Positions 32,837 to 43,539 of a DNA stretch of 43,539 bases are shown here, piece after piece (positions within the stretch are counted from its first letter, which is position 1; every line of letters starts with the position of its first letter). Origin of the DNA: Fonticula alba ATCC 38817 (Eukaryota; Protista; Nucleariida); the NCBI GenBank assembly GCA_000388065.2, contig KB932206.1. One strand, 5' to 3'. Below the pieces are notes generated by a model that was not told the origin of the DNA, did not search any database, and saw nothing but the letters and a program-made list of their open reading frames with translations. Made by a program: the position numbers and the translations under genes.

Positions 32837-35682
32837 CCCATGGCGCCCGTCGTCACACACATTTAGCCGGCGACATCTATGTCCGCCCGGCCAATGAGAA
32901 CCACCCCCACGATGACCAGCTTGCGGCCTTGGTCTCGGCGGCCAATGCCTCGTCCCTGCTGTCGGCCAACATGCTGTCGGCCTACCGGACGTACGGGCTT
33001 CTCCGGGTGTCAGCCCCATCGGCCCTGGCCATGTTCCTGCACTCGGAGGATGGGGCCACCACGCGATCCATCAACCAAGCCCTCGGGGCATTGGCACCAA
33101 TCCCCACCATCGGCGCATTGGCCGCCACGCCGCTCGCCCTGCTGGTCCCCATGCAGGTGGCCAGTTTGGTGGGCGCGCCCGGGGCCCTGACGACCCCGAC
33201 GGTGGCCGGCTTCTCCTCGCCGGTCCTCTCGCCCGACAGCGTCACGGTGGTCCTGCCTCCCGGGGCCGGGGTCAATGGAGCACCGGTCGCGGGCCCCGGG
33301 TCGGGGGGCTATTCCGCACCCGGCGGGGCGCCTGCCGCCGGGCCCTCACTCATGGTCACCCTGCCGACCGGCACCACGGGCCCGAGCCCGGGGAACCCCG
33401 CCGGCTCAAGCGGGTCCAAGTCCTCGGCCTTGCGCGTGGCCAACAGCGCGGCCAAGCGCATTTTCGGCGCCCTCTCCCCGAGCAGCTCCTCCTCGCAGCA
33501 GGCCCTGCCAAACTTGTACAACTTCATCGCCAGCCTGGCCATCCTGGCCGAGTCTCTCTGGGCATCCGCCGCCCCGACTGGTGACACGGGTGCGGGGCAT
33601 CCCCCACCACCGCAGCCAATCATCGGGGCCTGCTTCTCCGGCCCGGCCCCGATCAGTGCTCGACATGGGCCGCTCGGTGGCGCGGCCGGGGCCGGGGTCG
33701 GTGGAGCCGGCGCCGGCGCCGGGCTCCCCTCAAGCGCGGCCCCCTACTTCCTGGACCGCCTTCCCCAGGGGACATACATTGCCAGCCCGGTGAGTGGGGT
33801 CCGCTTCCCGGCATCCATTTGCAATGATCGGGGCAACCCCATGGTCGGGGACCGGTCTCCGGCCGAGCGGTGGACCCTGACCATCGATGGATTGCGCTTC
33901 ATCCTCAGCCCGGAGGACCCGCACAGCCCGAAGGTATGTGCCACCACCACCACCACCACCACCACCACCACCACGAGCCAGTGGCGGGGACGCCGTGCCG
34001 AGTGTCTCTCTCGCTCTCTCTCCCTCTCTCTCTCTCCCTCTCTCTCTCCCTCTCTCCCTCTCTCCCAGCCGTACACCCTCCCTCCTCTAACCCCTCCGGT
34101 TCGTCAGGTTGCCCTGTCGCCCGAGCATCTGATCGCCTGCTTCCTCCTTCGGCCGGGGCACATCTGCATGATTGTCCGCCAGTCGCCGCCCCTGCGCGCG
34201 GCTGACCAGGGGCCCCTGGAGTCGCTTCCGACACCCGCCCACCACCCAAGTGGCCGCGGCTCGGTCAGCCTCCCGGCCAGCGCGGCCCTCACGTCGGAAC
34301 CCTCGCTGCTGGACTACTCGCATGTCCTGTCACCACAGGCGTCCCCCTTCGAGCATCTGCCGCTGTCACTGCAGCGCCAGCTTCTCCTGCCGCATCACCA
34401 CCACTCGCTGCACCTGCCCTACCACACGGTTCTCCCCTCGGCCGACAGTCTCCTGCCCCTCCGGCTGTATGAGTCGTCGCTCCTGCTGAGCGATGAATCC
34501 CCCCCGGCCGGGCTTTCGGTGGACATTTACACCGGCCTCCTCGATGCGTCCATCGGCCTGGAGCTGACCTCCTCGGTCCGGCTATCCAGCCGATCGGCAA
34601 CCCTGTCGGCCTACCTGTCCCAATTCTACCTGGAGCGCTTCCTCTCGCGGCGGACTCTGGCCATGTCGATGTCGGGCCCGGCCCTGCCCTATGTCCGACC
34701 CGGGGCCGCGACCTCCACCACCACCACCGCCACCGGGCAGCCCGCCTCGGCTGATGGGGATTCGCAGTTGGCCAACTCCCGGTCCTCCTCCTCCTCAACC
34801 TCCCTGTCCTCGACCTCCTCCTCCTCCGTGTCGTCGCTCCTGTCGACACAGGACTCGCCAGGGCAGCCGCCCTCCGCCAGCCGGCCTGGAGCATCACCGG
34901 CTTCGGGCGCCGGCCAGATCGCCGCGCCCGGTGCTTCGTCCTCCTCCTCCACCTCCACCTCCTCCTCCTCCTCCGCGACGCAGCCTCCCCCGGTGGCCTC
35001 GCTCGGGCCCGGGCCCGCGTCCGGATACTTCCTTTCTTCACAGCCACCCGCCCATGCGGCCGACGCCGATTCGCTGGCCGTTTGTGGGAGCGAGCTTTAC
35101 CGCCATCGGAGCTTCGATCTACCTTTCTACTTTTATGGGAATCTCCCCAGCCTGCAGCAGGAGGGCGGCCTGCATCCCATCTTCGGGGGCATTCCGCGCA
35201 AGTGCCTGCTCGGGTATGGGTCCCGGTGGGGCGGGGAAGAGAGCTTCCCACAGGCAACGGCCCTGCTTGGCCCGGTGGCCGTGCCGGTGGTCTCGCCCGG
35301 GCCCCAGGCCGCTGCCCCGGCCAGTGGACTGTTCAGCGTCTTTAGCAGTAGCTCGCGCTCGGTCAGCGGGTCGCCGGGCATCGGCCCGGCAGCCGGGCTG
35401 GCCTTTGCGGCTGGGCTTTCCAGCAGCGTGGGCGCCCCGCCGGCGCCCGGAGCCATGGCCGAGCCGAGCCTGGCCGGGGGCAACCCCCTGCCGGCGGCCG
35501 GCCCCGGGGCGGATGCCCACCTCTCGCACCACCACGGCGTGCATTCACGCTACCCCGGCGGCGCGTCTTCCCTGTCGCCCGATGACCAGGTGGTCTTCCT
35601 CCAGACGGACCCGGCCGAGGCGGATTACATCGTCCGCCACCTGCGCTTCATCGTGGACTCGTACTTCCGTTCGGCCGTCTAG
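30278..35682 (+). CDS. SIN1: TORC2 subunit SIN1/Avo1 (N-term, CRIM, RBD, expanded PH), about 1450 aa; join(30278..30339,30443..31108,31251..31368,31586..32162,32383..32670,32867..33933,34108..35682)
   Basis: Fungal-type N-terminus LARLRFAYLER..VAERVI. SLLTELV...MNPFSSYSSF resembles SILS..L...NNPFNEYSKF. CRIM is TIDNAIGYALYEY...AYSLRMVDDD, the RBD is LFRVHLY...TCKALLRQLCEK, and the terminal VFLQTDPAEADYIVRHLRFIV resembles [21 protein letters not shown]. All phases are consistent. Confidence 0.9.
32229..32294. repeat. 22-nt tandem repeat x3 in a SIN1 intron
   Basis: tgctctcttcccgcccttcccc twice exactly, plus a third copy with two mismatches. Confidence 0.9.
32747..32835. repeat. Poly-C tract with a 10-N gap in a SIN1 intron
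   Basis: Direct reading; gap at 32792..32801. Confidence 0.9.
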
Positions 35683-35972
35683 AGGGGCAGCGGGGCCGGG
35701 AGGGGAAGGCGGAGGGAGAAAATGCGTTCACGCGCCCCCATCTACACTTAGACGCTCGCCCGCTCTCGACCTTCACCAGCCGCCACACATGCGCATGTCC
35801 AGACACGCACGTCTCCCTCCATCCCCCTACCCCCCCCCCCCTCTCTGCACCGGGAGAATACACCCTTGCCCTTGTTTGTTGTCTTCCCCTCTCTGTCTCC
35901 CTGGCTCTCGCCCTGCCTGTCGTCGAGGGGGGAGGGGGAAAGAGTGGCATCTATTGTGCGGGGAGAGGGGCA

Positions 35973-37587
35973 CTACTTGGCGGCACCGGCGCCGGCGCCG
36001 GGGTTGGCCCGCTTGGCGGCCGGCTCCCCAGCCCCCGGGGTGGCGGCTTTCCGCTTGGGAGCGGGCTTGGCCGCGGTGGGCTTGGCTGCCGACTTGGCGC
36101 CCGACCCACCGCCGGCCGACCCGGCAGGTGCGGCCTTCTTGCTGGCACCGGCTCCACCGGCCGCCGACTTGGCTCCGGCAGATGTGGTGGCCTTGCCGCC
36201 GGCCGCCGGCCGGGCCGTCTTGCTGGCGCCCTCGGTCGAGGACTTGGGCCGGGAAACGGCCGGGGCCTTCTTGGCTCCGGAGGCCGAATCCCCGGCCGGG
36301 GTGCTGGCCTTGCCCTTCGGGGCCGGTCGAGCGGCGGCCCCCCCGCCAGCGCTGGCGGTGCCGGCCGCGGACTTGCCCCCGCCAGGGGCAGCCTTAGTCG
36401 CCACAGGAGCCGGCTTCTTGCTGCCGCCGGCGCCGGCGGCCGTTCCAGCTGGCCGAGTCCTGGGAGGCGCAGGCTTTGGGGCCGGGCGGCGAACAGTGGC
36501 TGCCGGGCCGCTGGGCCCCGGCGCCGTCGGCTTGGCCGCAGCCGAGCTACCGACAGGCAGACTACTGAGCCCGGCCAGCCCGGGCGGGCGAATGGTCGGC
36601 AGACTGGGCGGCGGGCCGATGACCACTCCGGGCGGCACGCCGACCACCGTGCCGGCCTGGCGCTGGCAGACGGCGACATGCGGGGCAAGGGCCCCGGCCC
36701 GTTGCTCATCGCCCGGGGCGCCGAGCCACTGGCGCACATCCTCCACAGACCGAGCCAGGCCCCGCTCCAGATGCTCCGGCGGGGCCACCAGGGGAAGATC
36801 AATGCCCGAGTGAATGACATGCAGGAAGGAGCCGATGGTGTCGGCCTGGTGGTGGGGGACCGCCGCCAGCGCTCCCAGGGATTGGGCAGTCGCTTGGGCG
36901 GCGGCCGAGCTGAGCGTATCCCCAGCCGGGGGCAGAACCGCCAGAAGTTGGCCGAAGGAGGAGGATGCCCGGCTGGCTGCCTCGACGAAATCCTCAAGGC
37001 GTCCGGCCGCCTCCAGCTCTTCGGCCTGCCCGGTCAGGCTCGGGTCACGCCGAGCCAGCTCGCGTGCCTGCTCAAGCGACCCGGACCAGCCGAGGCGCGT
37101 GCGTTCCCGAGCGGCATACTCCAGGGCCGCCATCTCGGCCTCCGGCACCGGGCGCGTGCGTAGCAGCATCTCCGGGATGGTGGCCAGGCGCTCCATCTCG
37201 GCGGGGATGCGCCGCGGGGCCAGGATCGTGGCCGCGGTCTTGGGGTCGGCCACCAGGGCCGCGAGAGACTGGAGGTGGTTCATGATGCCGGTGTGGTGAC
37301 GCGCAAAGTCATTCCTGGAAGGGCACGGGTCAGCGGGCAGGCCATGGGCCACTTTCAAGGGAGCCGCGAATGCCAACATACCAGGGGGTGCCCTCGTGCG
37401 TGGCGCTCAGCTCGCCAACGCCCCGGAGCGCGGCGTCGGTCGCCTTGCGCAAAGACCGCGCATGGGTGTCCAGCTGCTGGCTACTGAGGACCGACCGGTT
37501 GGCCGGACCGCCCCCGGCTCCCCCGCCGCTGGTGCCATGGCCGGCCCCGCCATACGGGTGCTGGTACCGGTGCTGCTGGAAGGACAT
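35973..37587 (-). CDS. MED8: Mediator subunit 8-like protein with Lys/Ala/Pro-rich C-terminal tail, 515 aa; complement(join(35973..37314,37382..37587))
   Basis: LDTHARSLRKAT...TPWNDFARHHTGIMNHLQSL resembles Med8 L..L...LK.S...TWPSVLDSFALLSGQLNTL, and IPEMLLRTRPVPEAE resembles VPDHLRTKPDPEVE. A 67-nt GTATGT..CAG intron splits the conserved Trp codon. Confidence 0.75.
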
Positions 37588-38780
37588 GGTCAGCCGAAGG
37601 AGGAGGGGAGGGGGAGGAAAGGGAGGGGGGAGGGGAGGGGAGAGTAGAGACCGCGATGAACCCCAAGCGCTGGACGTGTCTAACCAAGGACCGCGGCCGG
37701 AACAGTAGCAAGAGAAAGGGAGGGAGGAGGGGGGAAGAGGGGGGGGGGAGGCGGCGAGACAGGAGGTAGAGCGAGGGGAGCGGGCGAGGCGGGGACAGTG
37801 CCAGACGCGCCGGACGGCGCCGCCCCGGGCGCCATACCCGGCCATAAATCGTGACTGGTGGTCCTCCTCCCGGGGATTGCCGGGCTCTTGTCTTCGGCCG
37901 CCTCGGGGCCCGCCGCCCTTCCCCCCCTCGCGCCCCGGGGCAGGACGCTAGGACAGAGGCCGGGGTCCGCCGACGGCGCGCGGTTCAAGGCGAGATTGGC
38001 GCGCGCCAACGCCCGAATACGTTGGCATCCCTCCCGCAGGCCCAGGCAGATCACGCGCACACGATAGCCATTTTTGACGATGCCTCGGGAGAACCGTTTC
38101 CCCGGCCGTCCCCCCCACCAACATGCGCGCTGTCCCTGCCCGGACGTGCGACTCCCTGCACCCTGGGCAAAAATCCGGCCACCGAGCTTGGTCCATCCCA
38201 CGCAGGCATGTCCATCGGCGCGCAGGCCTGCTAGCGGCGCGCGCGTACACGGGCAAGCAGTCGGCCATTGTGTGTGTGCCCCCCTCCGCGTGTGGCTGCA
38301 CATCATATATGGCCTCGCCGCCCTCTCTCTGCCAGACTCCGCTGCACGGAGGCCGGGCCCCTGCGCTGTGCCTTGCTCCTCGTCTCTGGAGAGTGGGTAT
38401 ATTACAACTGCCTGAAGCTCGGCAACAAACAAACAAACAAGTCAAGTGGATCGCCCCGGTGGCTCGCGGGGCGCCCTCGCGCGCAGTCTGCGGGCATTCT
38501 CCCCTTGCCTTGTGCTTTCTTTTCTCGGCGGGCGGCTTGCTTTGGCTCCGGTGGCTCCCCCTGCCCCCCCTCCCCCCTGAACCGACGTGACACGGCGCAT
38601 GAACCCCCGAGGCGCGAGCGGGGGAGAGAGGGGGGGAGGGAGGGGGAGGGGGGGGGGAGATGCTCTTGGAGCCGAAAGAAGGGAGGATGGCCGTGCGAGG
38701 GAGGGGAGGGCGGGATGGCGAGAATGTGGCGAAGAGAAAGGCGCAGCGGGCGGGGAAGTTGTGCCTGTGCATGCGCGGCC

Positions 38781-39908
38781 TTAGTTGTCGCTGTGGACCT
38801 CGACGTCAGTCTGCATGGGGGCGGCCTCAGCGGCGGCCGGCGCGGCGCCCGGGGCACCCATGGGCGGGCCGATCTTCACCTCATAGAAAGGAATGACATC
38901 GCGCTCAGCCCCGGCCTCGGTGATGACACACGTGCGGATGACACCGCCAGAAGACCCATCACGGCTGATGGCCAGGGCAACGGCTGGACATCGGACCAGG
39001 AGCGGGGAGATGGGGCGGGGGGGGGGAGGGAACATGCGCCAGGAATCAGTAAGCACGCGGCCGCCGGGACTGACCGCACAGGCTCCAAAAAAACGCCATG
39101 GGACCCGGCGAAAGGGGGGGGGGGGGCAGGTGGAGGCAACGAAAAAGAAAGAGAGGCCGGCGCACCCTTGCGGCAGAAGTCCAGGCACTCCTCCTTGGAC
39201 ATGTCCGGGCGGTAGAACTCATCGCAATAGCCGTAAATGAAGATGGAACCGGATCCACCGATGCTGATGTCCAGCTGGTGAACCGAGCCACCCTGGGGGA
39301 TGTTGTACACCGCACCGCCCGAAGCCTTGTCCCAGCCGGCGACGATCAGCCCGGCGGACAGCATCCCGCGGTTGGAGTAGCACACCTTGTGGAAGAGGTT
39401 GGCGGCGATCTCGACCGGGGGCGGGGCATCATGCTCGGCGCTGTTGGGGGGCATGTCAGAAAGGAGGCGCGCCCCGGAGAAAGGCAAGGAAGGGCGCAAG
39501 GGAGGATGGCGGCCAAGGCAAGGCCGAAGGGCCCAGACGCCGACGGGGCAACGCACGCATGAACCTGCAGGTAGTAGCGAATGATGTCGGCGATGGCCTG
39601 GGTGTCGGCGGCCGAGCCGGACCGGCAGCAGTAGATCGAGTCCGGGTAGAGCTCGGTCAGCTTGTCGGCCACACGGTTGACAATGTATGAGCCGGAGGAG
39701 GTGCGCGAGTCGGCCGCCAGGATGACGCCATCCTTGAACTTGACCGCCATGATGGTGGTCTACGCCGCGGCCATGGGGGGGGGGGGGGGGCAACGGAGGT
39801 GCAAGGGAGGTGAGTAGGTCCGGCGGGCGGAAGTCACACAGGCAGGTGGGCAAGACGCACACCGAGGCTGACGGCCTGGCCGAAGTCCGGAAGCTGGTGG
39901 AAAACCAT
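38781..39908 (-). CDS. PSMB6: 20S proteasome subunit beta1, 242 aa precursor; complement(join(38781..38983,39166..39440,39557..39759,39861..39908))
   Basis: Propeptide ending VSLG followed by [33 protein letters not shown]. Also [23 protein letters not shown] and [13 protein letters not shown]. Confidence 0.96.
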
Positions 39909-40439
39909 GGTTCAGGAGAGCAGGGGTGCAGGGGAGCAAGGACGGGAAAGGACGCGAAGGGCTGGGGAGGGGGTCTGGAAGAGGATGGAAGAGGGGGGCG
40001 GGGNNNNNNNNNNNNNNNNNNNNNGCATGTTAACACACACGCACACGCGCACACACACCCGGGCTCAGGCGGGGGGGGGGGGGGGAGCTGGGAGAGGCAG
40101 GCGCCGAGCGGAGGCCCCCGGGCCTGGGGCTCTCCTCTCCGGCGGCCAAATCTGACACCTGGTCCGGGAGCAGGACATCGGCCAGCCCCCTGTCCGTTGC
40201 CCCTCTCGTGCCCGAGCCCGGCCCGTGCGTCGGGGGGAAAGCCAGCCGGTGGGCAGAACCAGCTCCCCAAACTGCGGCCAGAGTCAGGACACACGCCCGC
40301 AGCAGCCCCACTAGACACCATGGATACTTCTAGACGCAGACACCCCCGGGCGAGGATCGCCCCCGCCGGCTTACATTGCGCCAGCAGCCTCCGTGCGAAT
40401 GAACCGGTGGTGTACATCGCGCACCGCCCCGACGCGCGC

Positions 40440-40441
40440 CT

Positions 40442-40474
<33 letters not shown>

Positions 40475-40671
40475 CACCGCTACAGCGCACTCTCAGTCAT
40501 CTTCTCCGGGCCCGCCCCGCCGGCCGCGCCCCCCCGTTAGTGCGACATCGGCCTGAGTCCACCTTGTTGCATGAACTCTCTCTCTCTCTCTCTCTCCCGA
40601 GCGGGCCCGGCCGCCGGCCGGGGTCCCGGGGCAGAGGTGCCGGGCAGGCCGCCACTGCCCGGGTGAGACCG

Positions 40672-40708
<37 letters not shown>

Positions 40709-40740
40709 CCCCCCCCGCCGGCCCCGCCCCCCCCCCCCCC
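40440..40740. repeat. Cluster of (CA)n, (CT)n and poly-C tracts between MCM3 and PSMB6
   Basis: Direct reading. Confidence 0.85.
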
Positions 40741-40807
40741 GCGCGCCGCGTCTCCGGCCAGCAGAGTGATGCGCCTTCCAGCACGTCGGGACGGCGCGGA
40801 GGTATCA

Positions 40808-43539
<2,732 letters not shown>

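Noticed and set aside
37851-38432. ORFs on both strands between MED8 and PSMB6
   Set aside because: No codon bias, start context or recognisable motif. Best explained as UTR or promoter sequence.
38795-38815. MQTD as a dynein light chain LC8-binding motif in the beta1 tail
   Set aside because: It lacks the TQT anchor and has a Pro immediately upstream, which disfavours the required beta strand.

Overview
GC-rich eukaryotic draft-assembly window with eight N-gaps, dense spliceosomal introns and many homopolymer/microsatellite tracts. No prokaryotic features, CRISPR arrays, rRNA/tRNA genes or intact transposons were found. The gene content and fungal-type SIN1 and Tfc3 N-termini suggest a holomycotan protist such as Fonticula; this is an inference, not verified. 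Genes in order: mitochondrial-type 3-hydroxybutyryl/3-hydroxyacyl-CoA dehydrogenase (+), SF3B6/p14 (-), a possible orphan gene (+), a small hypothetical protein (+), an LMBR1-family membrane protein with a very large loop insertion (-), the 19-exon TFIIIC B-box-binding subunit GTF3C1/Tfc3 (+), an intronless type I membrane protein with three CHRD-like repeats (-), TORC2 subunit SIN1 (+), Mediator MED8 with an H1-like tail (-), proteasome beta1 (-) and the 3' part of MCM3 (-). Exon structures were traced by hand and checked for phase. Family calls rest on motifs recalled from memory, with no database search. The most notable observations are a single in-frame TAG in the middle of the TFIIIC subunit gene, the triple-CHRD surface protein, extreme low-complexity inflation of conserved domains, a C at +4 in 33 of 40 splice donors, and a 53-nt element shared by two introns.
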